Positions 18,827 to 28,269 of a DNA stretch of 64,000 nt are shown in pieces. The position numbers were made by a program, and so were the translations under genes. Position 1 is the stretch's first letter. The number at the start of each line of letters is the position of its first letter. Below the pieces are notes generated by a model, which saw nothing but the letters and a program-made list of their open reading frames with translations, did not search any database and had not been told where the DNA came from. The DNA lies in NCBI GenBank assembly GCA_051003195.1, contig JBPCLP010000030.1:32001-96000 (forward strand), given 5' to 3'. Source of the stretch: Candidatus Sumerlaeaceae bacterium (GTDB lineage Bacteria; Sumerlaeota; Sumerlaeia; Sumerlaeales; Sumerlaeaceae).

Positions 18827-20278
18827 TTAGTAGATCATGTAATCGTTCACACTTGCCACGACGGGAGCGCCGCCGAGCAAGGCACCACCGGTCGAATTGG
18901 CAGTGACGTATGCTGGATTTGAAGGCTTCAGGAAGTTGGCATTGAGCTGGTTGCGCCCGATGGTATATGTGTAGGAGACATACTGCGGATCGGCACTGAT
19001 CGATCCGGCACCAAGGTCACCTACGGCGCCAACAGCGTCAGGTCCTGCCGTTACAACCGCTGTAAACGTCTTGTTTACTGCGCCTGTAGAGTTGGGATTC
19101 AGCATGTCGAAAGTGTCGGCCGCGCCCGAGAAGATGCTATTGATGATGGTGAATGTCACGTTAGGTTCTGCGGCGCCATCCGCGACGAAGAAGCTGACTG
19201 GGTTAACCGTTCCGCGCGCATTATGGAAAGTCGAACGCGTGATGCTTACGGCTTCCGGGCTCAGGTTGTTATCGTTGCTGCCGTCGTCGATCATGAAATT
19301 GCCTCCGCCGGCAACCCCCGTGCTGTCGGAGCTGTTGTTGAGCGCAATGCGGGAATCCGTGATGCTGATGGAATCCAGTCCTTCAAAGTCCGATATGGCT
19401 GCGAGTGCGCAGTCGGCAATATCCGTGTTAGTGAGGCTCAGGGTGCAGGTTGCATCCCAGAAGGCCTTGATTCCGGCATCGGCACCTCCGCCACCAAGGC
19501 CGACCTTGGCGATCAGGCAGCGTCCGGCGGAGCCGTCGAAGATCACGGCGGTGTTGTTGTTCGCAAACTGGACCGCAGCGCCGCCGATATTGGCGATGAC
19601 CGTTCCCTGGTTAAAGGTGAGGGTACGCGTGCTGGCTGCGGCTGTAATGATGACCACCACTTCGTCGTTGCAGCCAGTGATACTGCAATTGGACCATGTG
19701 GCGTTCACCAACGCAACAGCAGTGAACCAGTCGTCGCCTACGTTGTTGCCGGGCGCGCCTGCTACGAAGTTCGCTGAAGCATCCTGAGAAGCGACGCCAT
19801 CGCTACCATTGTTATTCGAGAAGATGCAATTGGTGAAGCTGTAGTTGCCGGCGTTCAGCCGAATTCCATCTGCAACGTTGTTGGTATAAGCCAGTCCAGC
19901 AGGTGGAATAAATGCGATGCCCGAGAAAGTTAGCGTGTCGGTTGCGCCTGGTGTCAGGGTGAGCATGTACTGACCGCTGGTGTGCTGAAGCTTGATGATT
20001 GGCTGCCCGGACTGGGCAGTGAAAGCAATGCTTTTGCCGGCAGTGGGTGCGATCGTGGTGTTAGCGGTAAGTGCGTGTACGCCTTCGGTGCTGCGCAGGA
20101 TGACACTGTTGGCCGCATCGGCCGCAGCGTTGATCTGGGTGATCGCGTCGGCGATCGAGTTTGTTACTGCCGTGCCTGCCACGCCCGTGGTGGGCGCTAC
20201 GGTTACCGTCAGCGCATTGCAAATGCCGCCAACTGCGACCAGCGAAGTTAAACAGCCAACCAATTTTAGACCGTACAT
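18827..20278 (-). CDS. Secreted beta-helix-like protein with C-terminal tag (ASVNDYMIY)
   Basis: GGAGGA RBS before ATG 20278; signal peptide; FTNCIFSNN/WSNCSITG/IINSIFSG beta-helix-like repeats; ISADPQY. Confidence 0.85.
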   Translation of the reverse strand: MYGLKLVGCLTSLVAVGGICNALTVTVAPTTGVAGTAVTNSIADAITQINAAADAANSVILRSTEGVHALTANTTIAPTAGKSIAFTAQSGQPIIKLQHTSGQYMLTLTPGATDTLTFSGIAFIPPAGLAYTNNVADGIRLNAGNYSFTNCIFSNNNGSDGVASQDASANFVAGAPGNNVGDDWFTAVALVNATWSNCSITGCNDEVVVIITAAASTRTLTFNQGTVIANIGGAAVQFANNNTAVIFDGSAGRCLIAKVGLGGGGADAGIKAFWDATCTLSLTNTDIADCALAAISDFEGLDSISITDSRIALNNSSDSTGVAGGGNFMIDDGSNDNNLSPEAVSITRSTFHNARGTVNPVSFFVADGAAEPNVTFTIINSIFSGAADTFDMLNPNSTGAVNKTFTAVVTAGPDAVGAVGDLGAGSISADPQYVSYTYTIGRNQLNANFLKPSNPAYVTANSTGGALLGGAPVVASVNDYMIY

Positions 20279-20374
20279 TGGGTCCTCCGGATAAGTTAGA
20301 TTATGCATCCATTGACGAAAATCCAGCGTTGATATTATAAGTCAAGTATAAGCCTGATTCAGAAAGGCCGAAGT

Positions 20375-21034
20375 TTATCTTGGCACGCCCTTACCGGCGG
20401 CGGACTGGCCGAGCTGCTTGACCGCGCTGAACGCATTCGAGACGTGCTGCTGGCGAGACTGTGGCTGACTGCGGGCAAGCTCAAGATGCGCCAGGGCCTG
20501 CTCCACCGCGGTGGTGATAGCCTGCTGTTGATCCGAAGTGGTTGGAGCCGTAAGATGCTCTGTTTTCAGGGTTTGTAAGGCTTGTTCAAGTTCGGACGCA
20601 TGCGCCGCTGAGAAGGAGCCCAGATCAGAGCCGCGGTATTTCGCCGAGATGGCCGCCGCCTGGGAGATGAGCGCAGGGGGCGCGGGGTCGACGATGGTTC
20701 TGGCGGGCGCAGAAGTTGGCGCGTCTGGTGTCGCTGCGGGCGCCTGTACGACTGATGCAGGAGTAAAGACTGGGCTGCTCACCGTGGGTGCGGTGGTTAA
20801 TGCGTCCGGTGTGTCCGTTGGCACGGGGGTGGGGGTGGCCGGCTCAGGCGGCGGAGGCGTATTTTGCTCAGGCGGCTGGGGTGTCGCGGTGGGAGCGGCC
20901 GGGGTCGAAACAGCCGGTGCTGCCGGCGCACCGCGAGGTGGCGATTTCTCGGAGTTCGAAGGTTCTTCCTTCTGGCACCCCGACAGCACGACAATGGTGC
21001 ATAATACGAATAGCAGGGTAAGTTCTCGCGCCAT
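20375..21034 (-). CDS. Lipoprotein with Pro/Thr/Ala stalk and helical C-terminal domain
   Basis: AAGGAG RBS; IVVLSGC lipobox; PT repeats. Confidence 0.8.
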   Translation of the reverse strand: MARELTLLFVLCTIVVLSGCQKEEPSNSEKSPPRGAPAAPAVSTPAAPTATPQPPEQNTPPPPEPATPTPVPTDTPDALTTAPTVSSPVFTPASVVQAPAATPDAPTSAPARTIVDPAPPALISQAAAISAKYRGSDLGSFSAAHASELEQALQTLKTEHLTAPTTSDQQQAITTAVEQALAHLELARSQPQSRQQHVSNAFSAVKQLGQSAAGKGVPR

Positions 21035-21149
21035 GTGAAGGCTCCTTCAGGATTGGCAACACCACTGAGACTGAATTGCTGGTAATATCAACTGAACGGC
21101 GGCGCTCGCTGTTGGGACTGCCGGGTCGCCGCCGCGCGTACTCAGACCG

Positions 21150-22259
21150 TTACTGAATTTTACTCCACTCGGCGGAAGCTGCCGCCGGGAGGGCGCTCGG
21201 CACCTGGACAACTCCGCGGTACAGTGCATTGGCGGGTGGGCTGGCGATGAGGGTGAATGTGCCCGGCGTGGTGGCGTCGACGCGGAGCAGGTTGCCTGTA
21301 GAGTCCGTGACGTAGTGGGTCGGCGCTCCGTTGTAGGTGCCCAGCGCGACGCCCTTAAGCCCGGTGGTGAGGCCGGTGGTATGTTTGGTCGTAAAGCTCC
21401 ACGCGCTGCCGCTGAAGTTGTATTCGCCCAAGCCGCCGCCAAACCCGATGGCGCGGTCGTCTGCCACGAACACACGCGTGGGCGAGCTGAATGCGAAGCC
21501 ATAGGGGCTGGGTCCCGCAGGCATCGGCGAATTATCGATCATGAGGAGGGTTGCGGCATTGCCGGTGGTGGTAGGCAGGCCGGTGCCGACCTGGTTGATG
21601 CCTACGTTGGGGCTTGATGCGGAGCTCATGTAAAGCTGGCCGTTGTAGATGACTGCGACGCGGTCGTTGGACGGCGTGCCGCTGACGAGGGTCGACGTGG
21701 TGGAGGCCGGGTTGGCATAGGGCACGTAGCGGATGCCGCCGCCGGTGGAGTTTCCGGCCGCCCAGAATGCGGTACCGTCGTGGCTGACGACGCTGCGGTT
21801 GTCCCCGCCCGAGAAGCCGAAGGTGGTGCCGCTGTTGATGCCGACGTAGGTAGTAAGGTCGAGGGTGCCGTCCATGGCAAGGCGGCCGATGACGCGGCTG
21901 GCAGTGGTGGTGCCGGAGGCCGCGAGTGTGCCTGCCGGAAGATCGAACCCGCCGAATGTGAGATACTGCCGATTCACGGAGACGGACAGGTGGCCGGACG
22001 AGCCTGAGGATCCGGTAACGGTGAGACGGTTTCCGGCCGCGGTGCTGGGAACGGCGATCGGCTGGACGAGCACGCCACCGATGGTGATTTCGTTGAGGAC
22101 GATGGGGACGGCCGAACCGCTGACGGAGGTGTTACCGTCGCCTAGCTGCAGAACGACGAGGTTACCGGGCGTGAGCGGGGCAGCCAGGGTGGTCGACGCT
22201 GCGAGGGCAAGCGCGAGGCCCAGCGTGGCAGCGCGTGCTTTCGAAATGGGTTTTTTCAT
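21150..22259 (-). CDS. Secreted beta-propeller-like protein with variant C-terminal tag (AASAEWSKIQ)
   Basis: Signal peptide; LTPGNLVVLQLGDG, GHLSVSVNRQYLTFGGF, YNGQLY, SPYGFAF segments. Confidence 0.85.
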   Translation of the reverse strand: MKKPISKARAATLGLALALAASTTLAAPLTPGNLVVLQLGDGNTSVSGSAVPIVLNEITIGGVLVQPIAVPSTAAGNRLTVTGSSGSSGHLSVSVNRQYLTFGGFDLPAGTLAASGTTTASRVIGRLAMDGTLDLTTYVGINSGTTFGFSGGDNRSVVSHDGTAFWAAGNSTGGGIRYVPYANPASTTSTLVSGTPSNDRVAVIYNGQLYMSSASSPNVGINQVGTGLPTTTGNAATLLMIDNSPMPAGPSPYGFAFSSPTRVFVADDRAIGFGGGLGEYNFSGSAWSFTTKHTTGLTTGLKGVALGTYNGAPTHYVTDSTGNLLRVDATTPGTFTLIASPPANALYRGVVQVPSALPAAASAEWSKIQ

Positions 22260-22446
22260 CGTCGGTTCTCCATGGGATTATTAGTGTCTGTTCGAGGGTG
22301 AATCGGTTACGCTATGGCGTGTCAGAGGTTATGCAAGTAAAGGAATAGCGATTTGGACGCCAGCGCAGCGGCAAGGTGATTTTGGCATCGAATTTCTGGC
22401 GGTATCGGGGTAGATGACCCTAGTTAATCACACAATGGAGGAACTC

Positions 22447-23550
22447 ATGAAGTTTAGATTCGGATTTATAGCAATATGCGCCGTGGCGGCAGGGCCAGCT
22501 TATGCGCAGTATAACGTCGCCGTTTCTGAGGCGTCGATTTCAGCTCTCATCGGCGGCGTCGATGCGCAGCCGGAAGATATTGCGGTGGATGCAAGTGGCA
22601 ACATCATCGTCATTGATGAGGCGCCGGTAGCCAATGAGCACGTGCTGCGTTTCGACAGCGCCGGTGCAAACGGCGTGAAGGTGACCGATGAAACCGCGAT
22701 CCTAGCGGCCATTGACGCAGTGAATGGGTCTGCGGCGCAGTCTGCTTTCACGATCAACAATGTCTCGGTGGCCGCGGACGGTGACTATATCCTGACGTGC
22801 GGCGGTGCGCCTGAGCTTGATTCCATGGTCAGTGTTACCCCGTCTGGCGTGATTACGGTGCTGTGCACCGGGGTCAATGCAACGGCTTCTCCCATTGAAG
22901 GGTGCACGGGCTCTGCTGTGATTGGTAACACTGCTTATGTTGTGGTGAACGGTGCGTTTGGAGCTGTTGAGGACGCGGTTCTCGCCGTGGACACGAATGG
23001 TGCGGGTGCGCCGGCCATTGCGCCGACTGTGCTGGCGAACCAGGCCGCGCTGGAAGCCGCGACCACGGGAGAAACGGCGGGCGGTCTCAACCTGGGGCCG
23101 ATCTGCGTCGGCGGCAGCGGGCTTTACGTGGCCGATTCTGGCGGAACAGGAACCACGGATGATGTAGTCCAGATTGCGGTGCCAGGCGGTGCGGTCAACC
23201 TGTTGATTGACGACGCCACCATTGAGGCGGCGCTGGCCACTACGGACGTCGGGTTTACCGGAATGACGGTCAGCACCGGCGGCGTTTTGTGGCTTGCCAA
23301 CACTTTCGGTACAGGCGCCAGTGACGACGGTGTGGTGAAAGTCACCGCGCCCGGAACAGGCGGTCAGACATTCACACTTCTGAGCGAAGGCGTTATTGCT
23401 GCCGGAGTCAGTGCTACTTCGCTCTCGCCGGCTCGCATGGCCTTTAACGCAGCAACGGGCAAAGTGCTGTTCGCGAACCAGGGCGGAGAGACCGAAGGGG
23501 TAATCGGTATTGCACTGACGGCAAACGTTAATGACTGGTCGATTTATTAA
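22447..23550 (+). CDS. Secreted acidic beta-propeller-like protein with C-terminal tag (ANVNDWSIY)
   Basis: GGAGG RBS; signal peptide ending AYA; PEDIAVDASGNIIVID NHL-like blade. Confidence 0.85.
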   Translation: MKFRFGFIAICAVAAGPAYAQYNVAVSEASISALIGGVDAQPEDIAVDASGNIIVIDEAPVANEHVLRFDSAGANGVKVTDETAILAAIDAVNGSAAQSAFTINNVSVAADGDYILTCGGAPELDSMVSVTPSGVITVLCTGVNATASPIEGCTGSAVIGNTAYVVVNGAFGAVEDAVLAVDTNGAGAPAIAPTVLANQAALEAATTGETAGGLNLGPICVGGSGLYVADSGGTGTTDDVVQIAVPGGAVNLLIDDATIEAALATTDVGFTGMTVSTGGVLWLANTFGTGASDDGVVKVTAPGTGGQTFTLLSEGVIAAGVSATSLSPARMAFNAATGKVLFANQGGETEGVIGIALTANVNDWSIY

Positions 23551-23615
23551 GCTGACATAGTAAAGCTTTTGCAGCAACGTAGCAAAGCTTAGCAGCAAAG
23601 CAAACATGTTGTCAG

Positions 23616-23647
23616 GCGCGCGGCTTCCGGGTCGCGCGCTTTTTTTT
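23616..23647 (+). terminator. Rho-independent terminator
   Basis: GCGCGCGGC-TTCCGG-GTCGCGCGC plus T tract. Confidence 0.75.
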
Positions 23648-23669
23648 GGCGGGGGCGGGGGGAATCCGC

Positions 23670-23885
23670 TCTGGCGGATGCGCTCGTGCGCCCGGCATTC
23701 CCCCCGACTTACTGGCCGGTGCGCTCCTGCGCCGCCTAAAAAAAACCTCTCTGGCCGGTGCGCTCCTGCGCCCGCCATTATCCGCCGACTTACTAGCCAG
23801 TGCGCTCCTGCACCTGCCTAAGAAAAATCCCTCTGGCCGGTGCGCTCCTGCGCCCGGCCTGTTAGTCGCACTCCGTTGCGACACC
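23670..23885. repeat. REP cluster: 4-5 x CTGGCCGGTGCGCTCCTGCGCC plus GTCGCA..TGCGAC hairpin
   Basis: Copies at ~23670, 23712, 23751, 23793, 23833; hairpin at 23865-23882. Confidence 0.9.
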
Positions 23886-23898
23886 GCCCATCAAACGC

Positions 23899-24461
23899 TC
23901 ACTCACAACGCGGTATAACGCGGAACTGCAGCGGCGGATCTGCACTATGATACAGGTCTACCTCCATCGCAAACATCGGCCGCCCGTGGTAGTTTGGGGC
24001 ACTGGAATAGAACCAGTCCTCCGCCCCAAGCACGAAACCGCTACGCACCGGATTGTGGTGGATGTACTCCAGTTTCTGTACGAAAATATCATAGTCGGAA
24101 GCGTTCTTCGGTTTGTACTCGGGTTCCCAGACAGTTCGTCGGCGCGTCCCGTTCGGAGTTTTTCCAGTGCCCATTTGCGGTTTTCCAGCCGCAGGAGTTT
24201 GAGCAACTGGGTGGCGGTGAAACGTCGAAACGCGGCGAGGATGTTACGCAGAGTGTCCGGCGTTTGCACATTGGTGAGGAGGTGGAGATGGTCTGGCATG
24301 ATGACGAAACCGTAAACCTGGAGCTTTCGGTTTTTGCGGCACCAGCTGAGCGAGTCGCAGATAAGGCGCTGGTAGTTTGGGGTGCAGAAGAGTGAGGTGT
24401 GGCCCCGGATGACGTGGGTTGTGAAGCAGGCAGCGCCCGGCAGTACCTGGTAGTGGTGCAT
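23899..24461 (-). pseudogene. REP-associated tyrosine transposase (RAYT), frameshifted near 24150
   Basis: One frame has YGFVIMPDHLH (HUH) and FRRFTA. The second frame has VWEPEY, KLEYIHHNPVRSG, DWFYSSA. Confidence 0.85.
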
Positions 24462-24520
24462 GCGGTGGAACTGGGTGAGTAGGGAAGGAGGGGCAAGAGT
24501 TTAGAGGGGGTAATGACAGA

Positions 24521-24714
24521 GGTGTCGCACAGGAGTGCGACGGATGAGCCGGGCGCAGGAGCGCGCCGGCCAGAGGGGCTTTTTTTTAGGCCGGGTGCAG
24601 GAGCGCACGGCCAGAGATTTGAAGGAGCGGGCGGGCGGTCAGATGGTAAGGTAGTGTGTGGTGTCGCACCGGAGTGCGACGGATGGGCCGGGTGCAGGAG
24701 CGCACCGGCCAGAG
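24521..24714. repeat. REP cluster, inverted relative to 23670-23885
   Basis: GGTGTCGCAC-NGGA-GTGCGAC plus GCCGGGYGCAGGAGCGCRCCGGCCAGAG units. Confidence 0.9.
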
Positions 24715-24727
24715 GTGGATAGGCATG

Positions 24728-24760
24728 AAAAAAAGCCGGGCCAAGTGGCCCGGCTTTTTT
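24728..24760. terminator. Bidirectional terminator
   Basis: AAAAAAAGCCGGGCC-AAGT-GGCCCGGCTTTTTT. Confidence 0.85.
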
Positions 24761-24778
24761 GATCGGTTGTTGGAAGTC

Positions 24779-26029
24779 TCAGTACATGGTCCAGTCGCCG
24801 ATGCCGGCGCTAAGGAACGCACGCACGCCGGAGAGGCGAAGGACCGCGTTGCCGACTGCGAGACCACCCTGGCTTTGGCGGTAGAAGTAGTAATCGTCGT
24901 CTGCGGCGACATCGCCGCTCTTGTTGTCCATTCCATTACGAAAGCCATTATGCATAATGGTGGTAGCTGCGCCCGTACCCGAGTGCGGGGGTACAATGGT
25001 TGTATTGACGTCGGGATCGGCCGTGAGCTGCGCATCGGTCGCGAGCATCGTCTGCTGTGTCCCGTCGGCGCTCAGGACAGCGATAAACTCATCCTGAATC
25101 AAGGTGCCTGTGCCAGAGGTTGCGCCATTTACGTGAATGAGGATCTTGTTATCCTGCAGCGTGTAGACGTTGACGCTACCGATGTCGGCGGTGGCCGGGT
25201 TGCCGCCGGCGGCGGTGATAATCGCGTCACCTGTGCGGAAAACGCTTACGGTTCCGGTCTCAGTAATGCGCAGCAGCGTTCCCATGACCTGCCGTCCGGG
25301 CGTAGCGAGATCGGAGGTCATGAAACCGTGCGAAGCAATGATGTCACCGTCGGATTGCACCGTGTGGTCGTAAATGTTGATGTCATCGTTGGCATCGCCA
25401 CCGTAACCAGTGACGGTCGCAAGCGCGGCCTCAAGCGCGGTCTCGGTTGCCAGCACCGTGGGTGTTGCACCCGTTGCCGTCAGCGCGACTTGAACAATGT
25501 CTTCTGAGGCTACCGCGGCGAAGGCATCGTTGTAGGTCATGATGAGCCGGATGTTCTTGCTGTCGACAGATACTTCGTCCAGGTTTACGGTGGAAGCGCT
25601 TGCCACCATTTCCGCAGCGCTGGTGAATGGCCCTGCGTGGGGAACGCGCCAGATGATGTTTCTGGAGCCATTGAAGGTACTGATGTACAGATTGGTGGTA
25701 TCGCTGTCCATGTCGCCTGCGGAAGAACTGCCGGACCCCGCGCTGAGATCAAAAGCGCCGGCTGGCGGGGCTGTTTCCTTTGCCACCACTGTCGGTCCGT
25801 CGGATGCGAAGACGCCGTCGAAGGTGCTGATCGAGTCGAACAGGTAGTAGCGCGACTCGTCGGGGCGCACAGATACTCCGTCGAATTCGCCGTTGGCGCC
25901 TCCGGCGTTTAAACCATCGTAGGTCGCGCCCGTGGCGACGATGTCGAGGTTGAGGGGTGCTGGCGCCTGGCCGACCGCGAGTCCTGCCGCGGCCATGAAG
26001 GTGCTCAGCATCAAAAGTTGTTTTTGCAC
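24779..26029 (-). CDS. Secreted acidic protein with C-terminal tag (AGIGDWTMY)
   Basis: AAGGAG RBS, GTG start, signal peptide. TVLATETALEAA and DGDIIA segments resemble the 22447 protein. Confidence 0.85.
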   Translation of the reverse strand: MQKQLLMLSTFMAAAGLAVGQAPAPLNLDIVATGATYDGLNAGGANGEFDGVSVRPDESRYYLFDSISTFDGVFASDGPTVVAKETAPPAGAFDLSAGSGSSSAGDMDSDTTNLYISTFNGSRNIIWRVPHAGPFTSAAEMVASASTVNLDEVSVDSKNIRLIMTYNDAFAAVASEDIVQVALTATGATPTVLATETALEAALATVTGYGGDANDDINIYDHTVQSDGDIIASHGFMTSDLATPGRQVMGTLLRITETGTVSVFRTGDAIITAAGGNPATADIGSVNVYTLQDNKILIHVNGATSGTGTLIQDEFIAVLSADGTQQTMLATDAQLTADPDVNTTIVPPHSGTGAATTIMHNGFRNGMDNKSGDVAADDDYYFYRQSQGGLAVGNAVLRLSGVRAFLSAGIGDWTMY

Positions 26030-26192
26030 GGTTTAGTGCTCCTTTTCTAAGGTTAAGATTTCTTTGTCGCGCAGATGAGGGTGGGTCGTCAACTTTAATG
26101 GTAGGGCTACTGCCTGAAATTTTAGCTTCTGGCTTAGCTTCTGGCTGGTTTTAGGCTGCCGGGGGAGCGGTGGGTGAAAGAGGTATGAAAGA

Positions 26193-26247
26193 GGTGTCGC
26201 ACAGGAGTGCGACGAACAGGCCGGGCGCAGGAGCGCGCCAGCCAGAG
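26193..26247. repeat. Dispersed REP copy (RAYT family)
   Basis: GGTGTCGCACAGGAGTGCGAC...GGCCGGGCGCAGGAGCGCGCCAGCCAGAG. Confidence 0.88.
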
Positions 26248-26255
26248 GGGTGATG

Positions 26256-27932
26256 CTACGCCCGAGGCAGTTTGCGGTACCTCGCGCGGCGGTTTTCGAC
26301 GGCGGCATCACCCAGTTCCCTGCGCCGCGCGACCTCGTACTCTTCGTAATTGCCGTCGAACAGGCGGACCTTCGCATCGCCCTCGAACGCAAGGATGTGG
26401 GTGCAGATGCGGTTGAGAAAGAAGCGGTCGTGGCTGATGACGAGCACCGAGCCGGCAAACCCACTGATGGCGTCTTCGAGCATGCGGAGGCTGTTGACGT
26501 CGAGGTCGTTTGTGGGCTCATCCAGCAGCAGCACATTGCCGCCCGACTTCAGCAGCTTGGCCAGGTGGACGCGGTTGCGTTCGCCGCCCGATAAGTTCTT
26601 AACAAGTTTCTGCTGGTCGGAGCCGCGGAAGTTGAACTGGCTGACGTAACTGCGGGCGGGAATGGTACGCTTGCCCATTGGGATGTCGTCTTTGCCCTCG
26701 CTGATCTCGTCGAAGACGGTGTTGTCGCCAACGAGCGAATCGCGGTGCTGATCGACGTACGACATGCGCACCGTGCTGCCGACGACAATTTCGCCTGCAT
26801 CGGGTTCTTCCTGTTTTGTTATCATGCGGAAGAGCGTGGTTTTACCGGTGCCGTTGGGGCCAATGATGCCGACGACCGCGCCCTTGGGCACATTGAAAGT
26901 AACGTCTTTGATCAGCGGCTCGCCGCCGTAGCCCTTGGTCACGTTGTTCACTTCGATGACCTGGTCGCCGAGGTGCTCGGCGGGGGCGATGCGGATGACG
27001 CCTTCTTCCTGGTCCTCGGCGCCGGCGCGTTCCTTCGCCACGAGGCGCTCATAATCGGCGAGACGGTTGCGGCTCATCTCCCGGTGTTCGGCGGTGTTCA
27101 TCTTGATCCAGTTGAGCTCGCCTTCCAGCGACTTTCGACGGGCGGATGCTTTCTTTTCCGACTGCGCGAGCATCTGGAGCTTTTGCCCAATCCAGGAGGA
27201 ATAGTTACCCTCGAACGGAATGCCTTTGCCGGCGTCGAGTTCGAGGATCCACTTGGTGATGTTGTCGAGGAAGTAGCGGTCGTGCGTGACGACGATCACG
27301 TTGCCCGGGTATTCGCGGAGCTGCTGCTCGAGCCAGTCCACCGTCTCGGCGTCGAGATGGTTGGTCGGCTCGTCGAGCAGGAGCATGTCGGGGCGTTCGA
27401 GCAATACGCGGGCGAGCGCGACACGGCGGCGTTCACCGCCTGAGAGCTTGGTGACGTCCATGTCGTCGGGCGGCAGCACCATGGCGTTGCTGGCGACGGC
27501 GAGTTTCTGGTCGAGGTTCCACGCGTCGGCGGCTTCGATCTTGTCCTGCATGGCCGACATGCGATCGAGCGCTTTTTCCATCTCGTCGCCTTCGAGTTCG
27601 CCGACCTTGTTAGCGAGGTCTTCGTAGTCTTTGACGAGTTTGACGGTGTCTGCGAATGCCATCTCCAGGTTCTCTTTGACGTTCTTGGTGGGGTCGAGCT
27701 GCGGCTCCTGCGGTACGTAGCCCACGCGCACGTTTTTCATCGGCGCGGCGTGACCGTCGAAGTCTTTGTCCATGCCCGCCATGATGCGCAGCAGCGTGGA
27801 TTTTCCGGAACCGTTGTCGCCGACAATGCCAATCTTGGCATCGGGATAAAAGGACAGGTTGATGTCCTTGAGAACGTGCTTCTGGCTGTAGTGCTTGTTC
27901 AGCTTATAGATGGAGAAAACAAATTCAGGCAT
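26256..27932 (-). CDS. ettA: ABC-F translation throttle protein EttA
   Basis: Two ABC domains (GDNGSGKST, GPNGTGKTT), LSGGERRR, WILELDAGKGIPFEGNYSSW. Confidence 0.93.
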   Translation of the reverse strand: MPEFVFSIYKLNKHYSQKHVLKDINLSFYPDAKIGIVGDNGSGKSTLLRIMAGMDKDFDGHAAPMKNVRVGYVPQEPQLDPTKNVKENLEMAFADTVKLVKDYEDLANKVGELEGDEMEKALDRMSAMQDKIEAADAWNLDQKLAVASNAMVLPPDDMDVTKLSGGERRRVALARVLLERPDMLLLDEPTNHLDAETVDWLEQQLREYPGNVIVVTHDRYFLDNITKWILELDAGKGIPFEGNYSSWIGQKLQMLAQSEKKASARRKSLEGELNWIKMNTAEHREMSRNRLADYERLVAKERAGAEDQEEGVIRIAPAEHLGDQVIEVNNVTKGYGGEPLIKDVTFNVPKGAVVGIIGPNGTGKTTLFRMITKQEEPDAGEIVVGSTVRMSYVDQHRDSLVGDNTVFDEISEGKDDIPMGKRTIPARSYVSQFNFRGSDQQKLVKNLSGGERNRVHLAKLLKSGGNVLLLDEPTNDLDVNSLRMLEDAISGFAGSVLVISHDRFFLNRICTHILAFEGDAKVRLFDGNYEEYEVARRRELGDAAVENRRARYRKLPRA

Positions 27933-28063
27933 GGAGCTCCCTAAAAAAATTCAAAGGTCAAAATTCAAAATGGTAGATCGGTTGTGAGAACCGAATGACC
28001 GGGTGCAGTGGGGGAGCGGTCAAGAGAACTTGTGACGCGGGAGTTGTCTACCGTTAGTAGTAA

Positions 28064-28134
28064 TCGGTTCTGTGTGCCGAATCGAGATCAAGTCTGCGCT
28101 TTGGTCTGGTAAGGAACTACGGATTCGGCACACT
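28064..28134. repeat. ~70-bp hairpin element, copy 2
   Basis: GTGTGCCGAAT (28072-28082)...ATTCGGCACAC (28123-28133); homologous to 4741-4811. Confidence 0.75.
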
Positions 28135-28269
28135 GGAGTAGACGTAGGGGCGCGTTGTTCCTGAAATGCACTGAAACGGTTGCTGTTGACAAGCACCGTC
28201 GATTTTGCGCTGGTGCTTACGGCAGCTCTGCGTTTCGCTGGCGGCCGATCAGTTTTAAGGGAGTCACCT

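Noticed and set aside
23670..24714. CRISPR array
   Set aside because: Irregular spacing, repeated spacers, inverted clusters around a RAYT gene and no cas genes: these are REPs
26122..26145. TTAGCTTCTGGC direct repeat x2 upstream of a tagged gene, as an operator
   Set aside because: Not seen upstream of the other tagged genes; insufficient support
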